DNA of 34,230 bases from an uncultured Coxiellaceae bacterium (lineage in GTDB: Bacteria; Pseudomonadota; Gammaproteobacteria; Coxiellales; Coxiellaceae), in contig CAYGED010000001.1 of NCBI GenBank assembly GCA_964348555.1, positions 1 through 34,230 of the forward strand. The letters run 5' to 3'. Below are positions 19,976 through 26,151 of the stretch, one piece after another. The position numbers were made by a program, and so were the translations under genes. The notes beneath the pieces are model-generated. The model worked only from the letters and a program-made list of their open reading frames with translations, had not been told where the DNA came from and searched no databases. The number at the start of each line of letters is the position of its first letter. The stretch's first letter is position 1.

Positions 19976-20484
19976 TGCCTGCTTTTTTGTTTAGATATTT
20001 GCCTTACATGCTTATTATGGTTTCCGCGCTCGGGATGGTAGGATACTTTGGCTACAATATGTATGAGTCAGGACGCATTTATGAGCGGATTGAATGGAAA
20101 GAGCGGGAATACGGAAGGATTGCGCTACAAACTCAATTAGTCGCCGAAGCTGAGAAAAAGAACGCATCAGAACGCGATTTAAGGTACTCAAATTTAATGG
20201 AGGTGGTCAATGCACAGGCCAAACTTAATAACGATTTGCAGCGTGATATTGATAGTGTTGCTGGTAAGCGGCTGTACATCAGTGCCAAAAACTGTGGAAA
20301 TGATATCGGTGCCATGCCCGGAGCGGCCAAAAATACCGGCAAGCTTGGTGGCGGAGCCGTTCGAGCAGAACTTTCTGAATCGGATGCAGCAAACATTCGG
20401 GCAGACTATACCGACGCACAGCGAGTAGTTAATCAATACCTGCTGTGTCGGCAAGCATTGATTGGGATTGCGGACATTGAATAG
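19975..20484 (+). CDS. i-spanin (Rz-like)
   Basis: 169 aa with an N-terminal TMD (YLPYMLIMVSALGMVGYFGY) and a coiled-coil periplasmic domain. TAATG coupling. Contains an embedded lipoprotein ORF. Confidence 0.75.
   Translation: MPAFLFRYLPYMLIMVSALGMVGYFGYNMYESGRIYERIEWKEREYGRIALQTQLVAEAEKKNASERDLRYSNLMEVVNAQAKLNNDLQRDIDSVAGKRLYISAKNCGNDIGAMPGAAKNTGKLGGGAVRAELSESDAANIRADYTDAQRVVNQYLLCRQALIGIADIE
20210..20428 (+). CDS. o-spanin (Rz1-like lipoprotein), fully embedded in the i-spanin gene
   Basis: ATG 20210 with GGAGGT 5 nt upstream. Signal peptide plus lipobox LVSG|C. The mature part is short and Pro-rich (CTSVPKTVEMISVPCPERPKIP...). Confidence 0.75.
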   Translation: MHRPNLITICSVILIVLLVSGCTSVPKTVEMISVPCPERPKIPASLVAEPFEQNFLNRMQQTFGQTIPTHSE

Positions 20485-20871
20485 TTATCTTGGTTTGTAT
20501 TCTTCAATCTCAAATAGCCCAAATTTTTCTTGCAGAATTATGATGGTTGGGCTTAGTGATAATATCTCAATTGATACCAGATCCCCCGAATCGCCGGATA
20601 TTATTGCTCTATAATCATAATCGGTTGAGAAAAGTATCTCATCATTGTAAATGAAATTTTTGCATATATCTTCGCATACCGTATGTGTCCGCTTAATTTT
20701 ATTGCCATCGATAATCATGGTCCCAGTGTGCGTGTAATCACCAGATTTGGTGCCCTGGATGTACCCAGAAAAATTATTCACGCTCCTGACAATATCGTAG
20801 ATCTGAGCTTCCGCATTAATCGATAAAAATAAAGTCACAGCAAATATTATTTTTTTCATGATTTTTCTCAT
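20485..20871 (-). CDS. secreted hypothetical protein (Sec signal peptide)
   Basis: 128 aa; MRKIMKKIIFAVTLFLSINAEA|Q is a signal-peptide-like N-terminus. AT-rich. Its stop codon abuts the spanin stop (20484/20485). Confidence 0.55.
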   Translation of the reverse strand: MRKIMKKIIFAVTLFLSINAEAQIYDIVRSVNNFSGYIQGTKSGDYTHTGTMIIDGNKIKRTHTVCEDICKNFIYNDEILFSTDYDYRAIISGDSGDLVSIEILSLSPTIIILQEKFGLFEIEEYKPR

Positions 20872-20998
20872 TATTTTTACCTTTCGTAATTTTATATCTC
20901 ATCCCATGGCCTTCTGACAACTCTTTGAATGATAACCACAGGATTAACACAAATAACAACCCCATAAAAATCATAAGCCCTAACATCAGATCAGTCAT
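20816..20998 (-). CDS. small single-TMD membrane protein
   Basis: 60 aa; GGAGGGAG lies immediately upstream of ATG 20998. N-terminal TMD LMLGLMIFMGLLFVLILWL. The 3' end overlaps the next ORF by 56 nt. Confidence 0.4.
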   Translation of the reverse strand: MTDLMLGLMIFMGLLFVLILWLSFKELSEGHGMRYKITKGKNNEKNHEKNNICCDFIFID

Positions 20999-21090
20999 AC
21001 TCCCTCCAAATCAACAATTGCCGACAGCTTTCCGGGACTCCAACCAGCCGACCTTGATTCACGAATTACAGCGTTAAAAGTTTCCAATTG

Positions 21091-21735
21091 CTATTTGTTT
21101 TCATTTTTGGCCTCGTCATATTTCATGATTCCCCACACAATCGCGTACAGACACCATAAATATCGTGATGTGTATGTTTCAGTGCCGCCGCCATCAAAGA
21201 AATCGTTAAATTCAAAAATATTTCCGTCTATCTCGTGACTAAAATCATTTACAGAACGATATGCTTCGTGTTCGTTTCCTGAGTGAAACAACACATCATC
21301 TTTTATTGTTTCCCATAGTTCATTTTTATGTTCATCATCTTCAATATATGACTCAACGAAACTATCAAAATACTCCTTTACTCTTTCGTTAAACTCACCC
21401 TCATCGAACTCCATGAATCCCGATGATCTATCAACTGCCTGCAATTTTTCGCCCCAGTAACGGGGATTTATAACCAGGCCATCGTCGCCGCTCTTTTGCC
21501 TGAAAAATTGAAACATATCTGGCAGCCGAGAAAATACATAGCTTCCGCAATCGCCGTTTATTGCCAAAGTACCAGGCCAAGTTATCAATTCAAACCAGCA
21601 AATTGAACTGCTTGGATCTTTAAAAATTACGTGCCTATGAATGCCGTCAATGCCGTCATCATTTATGATCTCAATTCTATGATCCTTGACACATCTCAGA
21701 AACTGCTCTTCAGTGCATGTATGTTTGTTACTCAT
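21091..21735 (-). CDS. conserved hypothetical acidic protein (214 aa)
   Basis: Start preferred at ATG 21735 (MSNKHTC...) with GAGGAA 7 nt upstream. The sequence (WFELITWPGTLAINGDCGSYVFSRLPDMFQFFR...) resembles a phage/plasmid family I cannot name. Confidence 0.6.
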   Translation of the reverse strand: MSNKHTCTEEQFLRCVKDHRIEIINDDGIDGIHRHVIFKDPSSSICWFELITWPGTLAINGDCGSYVFSRLPDMFQFFRQKSGDDGLVINPRYWGEKLQAVDRSSGFMEFDEGEFNERVKEYFDSFVESYIEDDEHKNELWETIKDDVLFHSGNEHEAYRSVNDFSHEIDGNIFEFNDFFDGGGTETYTSRYLWCLYAIVWGIMKYDEAKNENK

Positions 21736-21746
21736 CGCGCATTTCC

Positions 21747-21905
21747 TCAGCTCGTTTTGCAAGATTTTATCGGTACTGACACAAGAAGCCTTCCTTGCTC
21801 CAATCCGATCCTTTCTTTTCGGGTTGATCTTTCAGAAAACCACTGACCCCATCCGAATCCTCCAACAAAAAATATTATGGCTATAACTGCAAAATAAGTA
21901 ATCAT
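21747..21905 (-). CDS. small single-TMD membrane protein (52 aa)
   Basis: AAGGGAGA upstream of ATG 21905; MITYFAVIAIIFFVGGFGWGQWFSERSTRKERIG.... The stop lies 9 nt before the next start. Below the ORF-track cutoff. Confidence 0.4.
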   Translation of the reverse strand: MITYFAVIAIIFFVGGFGWGQWFSERSTRKERIGLEQGRLLVSVPIKSCKTS

Positions 21906-21922
21906 GATTCTCCCTTAATTTA

Positions 21923-22198
21923 TTACAAACCTGCATTAAAACTAACCCCGCAAATCCTTTTGTCAATTAATCCCAGCAACAGTTTTGTCGCCTCATCTTG
22001 CATCATAATTCTTTTATCAACGCTTCTTGATGTATTTCTTTGAATATATTGCTCAATTTGAGCATCGCTGACATTAAAAACATGTGATCCGTGTGCTGAG
22101 TTTTTTAATCGCTCCCAACGCTGGATTTCAGCAATCCTCAAAACAGATTTGTTTGTGACGCCAAGAATTCCCATCAAATCTTTAGTTGTTCTTTTCAT
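21923..22198 (-). CDS. small DNA-binding-like protein (putative HTH)
   Basis: ATG 22198 with AGGAGG 4 nt upstream (the track start 22201 is TTG). TTKDLMGILGVTNKSVLRIAEIQRWER looks like a helix-turn-helix. Confidence 0.5.
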   Translation of the reverse strand: MKRTTKDLMGILGVTNKSVLRIAEIQRWERLKNSAHGSHVFNVSDAQIEQYIQRNTSRSVDKRIMMQDEATKLLLGLIDKRICGVSFNAGL

Positions 22199-22289
22199 CA
22201 ATCCTCCTAAATTCGATCACCCAAACAAATGGATTTGAATCCCATGATCCTCTGCCGTATATTGATTCCCATATCCCGGTATCTTTCAT
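22182..22289 (-). CDS. micro-ORF (35 aa)
   Basis: ATG 22289 lies 8 nt after the exonuclease stop; MKDTGIWESIYGRGSWDSNPFVWVIEFRRIDEKNN. No clear RBS; overlaps the next start. Confidence 0.25.
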   Translation of the reverse strand: MKDTGIWESIYGRGSWDSNPFVWVIEFRRIDEKNN

Positions 22290-22299
22290 TTTATTGATC

Positions 22300-23835
22300 C
22301 TAGTAACGAAAATTCCACAATGACAAAGCGACTCTTTTCGCAAACTCCTCAACTTTTTCATCATCATGTATCCTCATGCCAATACCGACCTCATTCCACC
22401 ATTTGTTAAACCCATCTAATTCTGGATTTTGATCAAGAATAGGAGACTTCACGGCGTCGATCAAAACTTTTTCATCAGAAAGTTTTTGCTCTGAAATTTT
22501 CTGTACTTCAGCGATGCGCTTTTCTTCATTTTCTTTTACTGCGCGCTCACACTCCGCCTCTTCCCTGCGCTTTTGCTCAGCAAGCCGGGAATCGACCAGC
22601 AATTTAAAATCATCTTCTGGCTTGGTTATGATTGATTGAAGATCTCTAAATAACGGCAAATCATCAGGCAAATGCGCCAAATTTTTGCGAACAATCCTCG
22701 CCAATTCATCCAGTTTAATTTTAATCGATGCAACCTCGGAATCAACGGCATTATGCAAACTCTCAAGAGTGCGCTTGTTTTTGCAAACAGTTTCTAAATT
22801 TTGTCTGGTAAAAATTGACGTCGCGAGTTGAGCGAAATTGACCGAAATAAATTCTCCCTGAATTTCGGAAACATGCAGACAGCACGCATCAAAAGCATCT
22901 TTAATTATTGATGTTTTTATCGTCTCCTTTTGTGATTTTACGATTTTTTCCAGAACCAATCTGACTCTAGCAAATGATTCATCGGTAAAATCTAATGTTC
23001 TGACTACTGCATCAATAGATTCGACCTGCCCGAGAATGTCTTTTTTCTTTGCTTTGATATTTTGCTCAACTTCTTTGCAAAATTTTATTGTTTCTTCTGC
23101 ATTAACAAAATCTTCATCTGTGATAAGATTTGTATTTATGCTTGAAATAAAAGTTTCCGCAGCCTCTTTAAATTGTGGCAAATTGCTAAAAGTAACATCG
23201 CCTTTGATTTGAATGGACAAAACTGGTAATTGCATCATAATTGCGGCCTCCGGTTTATCTTTAAATTCTTTCTGTTGGTAGTTGGTTAGATCGATTTTAA
23301 ATTGTTCCCAGCCAGATATAATTCGACGAAACCAGGATCGGTCTGGAAAAACTTCAGTTTCTTCCCATTTCCCGCGCGTTCCATCACTGCAAACGAACAA
23401 CAATTTATCCGCACTTGTGATCATTAGAATCTGCTGGCATTGAGCCATGTAATGATCCGGGACGACACCATCTTTAACTTTTTCGGCCAAATCAACAGAA
23501 TATAATTTATGCTCAAAAGCAAACGAGTTATCAATCGTAAGCCCATCGCAAGAAGCCGACAATTTATCAAGTGAGCAAACCACCGGATAAAAATCTAATC
23601 CATTAGATTCGAGTAATTTTCTTGCCATATCCTCCGCTTCATGCCCGTCTCTGAAAATCTCTTTTGTGAAATCTGAGTGCTCTTTAACTTCACCAGTGGC
23701 CTTTGAATGTAGTAATTCAGTTCGGCTAACGTATGGAGATATCCCCAGCATTGCAGACGCCTCGGATGCGCCAAAATGCTGAGATCTAAATTCGTGCCAT
23801 TCTGGCGACGACTGTAATAAATTATGAGTTTTCAT
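22300..23835 (-). CDS. YqaJ-type recombination exonuclease fused to a ~310-aa C-terminal coiled-coil domain (DUF1351-like?)
   Basis: ATG 23835 (MKTHNLLQSSPEWHEFR...) with GAGGA 5 nt upstream; overlaps the RecT stop. The N-terminal ~200 aa carry YqaJ/lambda-Exo-like motifs (SPEW..R....GASE; CSxDG; EHK). Confidence 0.8.
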   Translation of the reverse strand: MKTHNLLQSSPEWHEFRSQHFGASEASAMLGISPYVSRTELLHSKATGEVKEHSDFTKEIFRDGHEAEDMARKLLESNGLDFYPVVCSLDKLSASCDGLTIDNSFAFEHKLYSVDLAEKVKDGVVPDHYMAQCQQILMITSADKLLFVCSDGTRGKWEETEVFPDRSWFRRIISGWEQFKIDLTNYQQKEFKDKPEAAIMMQLPVLSIQIKGDVTFSNLPQFKEAAETFISSINTNLITDEDFVNAEETIKFCKEVEQNIKAKKKDILGQVESIDAVVRTLDFTDESFARVRLVLEKIVKSQKETIKTSIIKDAFDACCLHVSEIQGEFISVNFAQLATSIFTRQNLETVCKNKRTLESLHNAVDSEVASIKIKLDELARIVRKNLAHLPDDLPLFRDLQSIITKPEDDFKLLVDSRLAEQKRREEAECERAVKENEEKRIAEVQKISEQKLSDEKVLIDAVKSPILDQNPELDGFNKWWNEVGIGMRIHDDEKVEEFAKRVALSLWNFRY

Positions 23836-24664
23836 TTGCGTCCTCTTTCCCCAACAGTCTGATCGTCTTTTTTTGATCATCCGACAGCGTGTGCTTTGTG
23901 CTGATCATATTGATAATACTTTCGGGTGTGTGTTTGCCGGACTTTATTACGGATTCCCACGCCTCAATATTCATGTCAAGTTTTTCGTCAGCGTAATCCG
24001 GTAATTGTGGTGGACTATCATCAATTTCCTCAATTACAAAAACCTCCTTCCCTTCCATTTCTTCCGCAGTGGGTTGAGCGCCAAGCTCATGAAACGCTTT
24101 TCTTAGCGCCTGAGCTTCGGCACATTTAGATAATTGTCCGTATGGCCGTTTCATCCACATCGAGTTTGGCGATTTATCATCGCGCGATTTGGTAGCATAA
24201 TTTTCTTTCCAAAATTCCTTTGCCGTAAACTCAGCCACATATCCCGTTTTTGTTAATCTTTTAACAGTGATTTTGCACCAAAGCGGATATGTTATTTCTA
24301 CTGATCCCAATTTTTCCGTTATATTTTCCCCGAATTCGGGCTCTGAAACGCCAGCCAGTTGTTCGGTGCGGGATGCCTGTATCCGATACAATCCGATGCC
24401 TGGCATAATCACGTCACGCATCGCTTTGATATCTTTGCCATCCCTTGTTTTTTGCCCGGTTGAACAATACATAGGAACTATATGTACTGGTCTCAACATC
24501 GGATCGAGTCCGGCTGCTTTGCAATAACTCAATACCATTTTTATGGATTCGGGCCGCGCCCCAACGTACAGCGAATTGCTAAGTACTGCGAATAAATCAT
24601 TCTCATGCCCTTTAATCACCGGCATGGAATTAGTCAGCTCATTTATTTGATCACTCTGATTCAT
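23822..24664 (-). CDS. recT: RecT-family single-strand annealing protein
   Basis: 280 aa. The motifs ...SYCKAAGLDP...PGIGLYR...MWMKRPYGQLSKCAEAQALRKAF... are typical of RecT. Adjacent to the exonuclease gene. Confidence 0.85.
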   Translation of the reverse strand: MNQSDQINELTNSMPVIKGHENDLFAVLSNSLYVGARPESIKMVLSYCKAAGLDPMLRPVHIVPMYCSTGQKTRDGKDIKAMRDVIMPGIGLYRIQASRTEQLAGVSEPEFGENITEKLGSVEITYPLWCKITVKRLTKTGYVAEFTAKEFWKENYATKSRDDKSPNSMWMKRPYGQLSKCAEAQALRKAFHELGAQPTAEEMEGKEVFVIEEIDDSPPQLPDYADEKLDMNIEAWESVIKSGKHTPESIINMISTKHTLSDDQKKTIRLLGKEDANENS

Positions 24665-24666
24665 TT

Positions 24667-25143
24667 TTACCCCCGGAGTAAAGATTGTAGGTTAACGATT
24701 GCTCTACGCAGCGCCTCTTCTCGACCTGATATTGTAATATTCGAGTAATACAAGTCAAATGCACACATAAACGCATCAAATACATTACCAACCCATTCAA
24801 TATCACATTTTTTAAGTGGGTCATCATCACTAATAGATGTCTCAAACCTCCTAATTGCCAGCGAAATATCATCCATCGTTGGATAAATCCCCTGAACTTC
24901 GATGCTTAGATATAAACACGATCTCAAATCATTTATATTTATTTCTTCTCGCGCGGTTATGTTTATGGTTTTTGGTTTTTGACGATACAGATATTCTGGA
25001 ACCCATTTAGGATGCGTAACAAGATTATTCCAGTAGCCCTCAGGCTCCTCAAAAATTTCCCAATTTTCCCAAGGCTTATCTGTTTCCATTGCATCCTTGG
25101 CATATAGCATCATAAGCTCGCCATGTATATGTTTTTTAGTCAT
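24667..25143 (-). CDS. hypothetical early protein (158 aa)
   Basis: ATG 25143 (MTKKHIHGEL...) with GAGGAA upstream. The N-terminal KPWENWE...HPKWVPEYLYRQKPK motif recurs in phage early proteins. The stop is 2 nt from the RecT start. Confidence 0.6.
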   Translation of the reverse strand: MTKKHIHGELMMLYAKDAMETDKPWENWEIFEEPEGYWNNLVTHPKWVPEYLYRQKPKTINITAREEININDLRSCLYLSIEVQGIYPTMDDISLAIRRFETSISDDDPLKKCDIEWVGNVFDAFMCAFDLYYSNITISGREEALRRAIVNLQSLLRG

Positions 25144-25258
25144 TTTGTTCCTCGCAAATTTGATAAGTATCGCACCAACGCTGAGTCGCGCCATCATCCA
25201 AATACATAACTGCTGCTGCCATTATTAGTAAAACTGCTATTAATTTTGTGTCATTCAT
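25136..25258 (-). CDS. micro-ORF, single-TMD peptide (40 aa)
   Basis: AGGATGA upstream of ATG 25258; MNDTKLIAVLLIMAAAVMYLDDGATQRWCDTYQICEEQND. Its stop overlaps the next start (ATGACTAA). Confidence 0.4.
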   Translation of the reverse strand: MNDTKLIAVLLIMAAAVMYLDDGATQRWCDTYQICEEQND

Positions 25259-25261
25259 TAT

Positions 25262-25393
25262 TCATCCTAGATTACAGATTGTATCTGATAGTCTAAAGCC
25301 ATAATTATTAACTGTCGCCTGAGCCGTCGCCGTAGCCGTAGCCTGAGCCGTAGCCTGAGCCGTCGCCTGAGCCGTAGCCGTAGCGTGGCCCAT
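25262..25393 (-). CDS. low-complexity micro-ORF, Ala-Thr/Ala-Gln repeat peptide (43 aa)
   Basis: ATG 25393 with GAGGA 9 nt upstream; MGHATATAQATAQATAQATATATAQATVNNYGFRLSDTICNLG. It fits between neighbouring ORFs with 5-nt and 3-nt gaps. One of two alternative frames across the hexamer repeat. Confidence 0.4.
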   Translation of the reverse strand: MGHATATAQATAQATAQATATATAQATVNNYGFRLSDTICNLG

Positions 25394-25421
25394 TATTATC
25401 AATCCTCGATAAATTTGTCAT
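25308..25421 (-). CDS. alternative low-complexity micro-ORF, Gly-Tyr/Ser/Asp repeat peptide (37 aa)
   Basis: ATG 25421 to TAA 25308; MTNLSRIDNNGPRYGYGSGDGSGYGSGYGYGDGSGDS. AAGAGG lies 12 nt upstream, which is long spacing. Overlaps the other frame. Confidence 0.3.
   Translation of the reverse strand: MTNLSRIDNNGPRYGYGSGDGSGYGSGYGYGDGSGDS
25317..25382. repeat. 11 tandem hexamers GCC(TGA/GTC/GTA)
   Basis: Read directly: gcctga gccgtc gccgta gccgta gcctga gccgta gcctga gccgtc gcctga gccgta gccgta, followed by a degenerate gcgtgg. Confidence 0.9.
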
Positions 25422-25509
25422 ATGTTTTTTCAGCCTCTTCTGTTGTAGGAATATATTCAATCGAGTTTGTCAGAAACGCTTCTCCAGTTCTGTTCAATCG
25501 CCCCCCTTT
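25399..25509 (-). CDS. -1 frame continuation of the 25796 gene (would give a 132-aa product)
   Basis: The -1 frame encodes RLNRTGEAFLTNSIEYIPTTEEAEKTYDKFIED. The IE.IP.TEEA segment matches what I recall as the C-terminus of homologues. This segment has no own start codon. Confidence 0.45.
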   Translation of the reverse strand, partial: KGGRLNRTGEAFLTNSIEYIPTTEEAEKTYDKFIED

Positions 25510-25796
25510 ATTCCGTTTCTTGCGACTGCCGAAAGTGATAGCCCTCCTCCCTCCCACTTCCATAAACGAAGAGCGTTTGTTAATTTCAATTCCATGGAAT
25601 TTTTTGGGTTTATCCACACAACATCCCCTATATGCACTCCAGCGCTATAGGTTCTAATCAAACATCGCCTGCCTAGCATTGGGTGTGGTTCTGTTTCAAA
25701 CACTCCTGTCGATCCCGTTAAAATAGTTGTTGGGGCTGCGGGTAAAAGATCACATATCTCTTTTAACTGCCCTAGTGTTAAATTATTTATATCCAT
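25494..25796 (-). CDS. conserved small phage protein, zero-frame product (100 aa), first gene of the leftward operon
   Basis: AAGGAAAATA-ATG at 25796. The ...RTYSAGVHIGDVVW...LRLWKWEGGGLSLSAVARNGIKGG pattern is recalled from a widespread small phage protein family. It terminates right after a G6 run. Confidence 0.7.
   Translation of the reverse strand: MDINNLTLGQLKEICDLLPAAPTTILTGSTGVFETEPHPMLGRRCLIRTYSAGVHIGDVVWINPKNSMELKLTNALRLWKWEGGGLSLSAVARNGIKGGD
25503..25509 (-). promoter_or_regulatory. candidate -1 frameshift heptamer A_AAG_GGG within a G6 homopolymer
   Basis: The minus strand reads ATA AAG GGG GGC GAT TGA, so X_XXY_YYZ is satisfied. Could equally be an indel or sequencing-error site. 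Confidence 0.4.
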
Positions 25797-25991
25797 TATT
25801 TTCCTTGATTATTTATTAAAATTCCATATACAATCATCTACTATCTTTCCTTGTTTATTACCGTCTCTCCGGCATGTCACGTCTAGTTCGCTGGCTATTG
25901 TCTTCCGACGTTCTACAAAGTGGCGCACATCGGCCATGACGCAATTATGGAAACCAGCTTCCACGCCGCACCTGCTTCCGGCGAGTTCATA

Positions 25992-26007
25992 ACAACCAAC
26001 TGGTTGT
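25992..26007. promoter_or_regulatory. 7-2-7 palindrome ACAACCA-AC-TGGTTGT (candidate operator)
   Basis: Perfect 7-bp arms with a 2-nt spacer, too short for an RNA loop. Overlaps a minus-strand TTGACA (26010-26005). Confidence 0.35.
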
Positions 26008-26054
26008 CAAGGTGCAATTCTTTTCAATCAGCCTACGCTCCGATTTGTGGCTTG

Positions 26055-26082
26055 TTGATATGCTCACTTTACTACATGTAAA
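26055..26082 (-). promoter_or_regulatory. candidate leftward early promoter (TTTACA-16 nt-TATCAA)
   Basis: The minus strand reads TTTACA (26082-26077), a 16-nt spacer, then TATCAA (26060-26055). It is divergent from the rightward promoter. Confidence 0.35.
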
Positions 26083-26116
26083 TAATAAAAGCTATACCAA
26101 ATAGAAAATAAATTTA

Positions 26117-26145
26117 TTGACATATAAATTACTAGCTGGCAATAT
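26117..26145 (+). promoter_or_regulatory. candidate rightward early promoter (TTGACA-17 nt-CAATAT) with an AT-rich upstream tract
   Basis: Consensus -35 at 26117-26122 and -10-like CAATAT at 26140-26145. The predicted start coincides with ATG 26152. Confidence 0.4.
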
Positions 26146-26151
26146 AACAGC

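Noticed and set aside
22225-22262. tRNA-like T-arm (GGGATTCAAATCC on the minus strand)
   Set aside because: No complementary acceptor stem, D-arm or anticodon arm can be built around it. It lies inside a short ORF between coding genes.
22290-22367. Upstream part of the 61-aa track ORF 22182-22367
   Set aside because: That part overlaps the 3' end of the exonuclease gene out of frame. Only the segment from ATG 22289 is kept, at low confidence.
25317-25382. Tandem repeat as a CRISPR array or a ToxI-like type III antitoxin RNA
   Set aside because: The unit is only 6 nt with no spacers, there is no higher-order 30-40-nt periodicity, and there is no adjacent cas or toxN-like gene.
25399-25617. 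72-aa minus-strand ORF (MDKPKKFHGIEINKRSS...) as an independent gene
   Set aside because: Its first two thirds are an out-of-frame shadow of the 25796 gene. Only its last 33 codons look meaningful, as the -1 continuation of that gene.
25385-25657. 90-aa plus-strand ORF (GTG start) extending from the hexamer repeat
   Set aside because: It is antisense to the well-supported leftward gene. It has a GTG start without an RBS, and its Ser/Arg/Leu-rich composition is produced by the repeat and by antisense coding.
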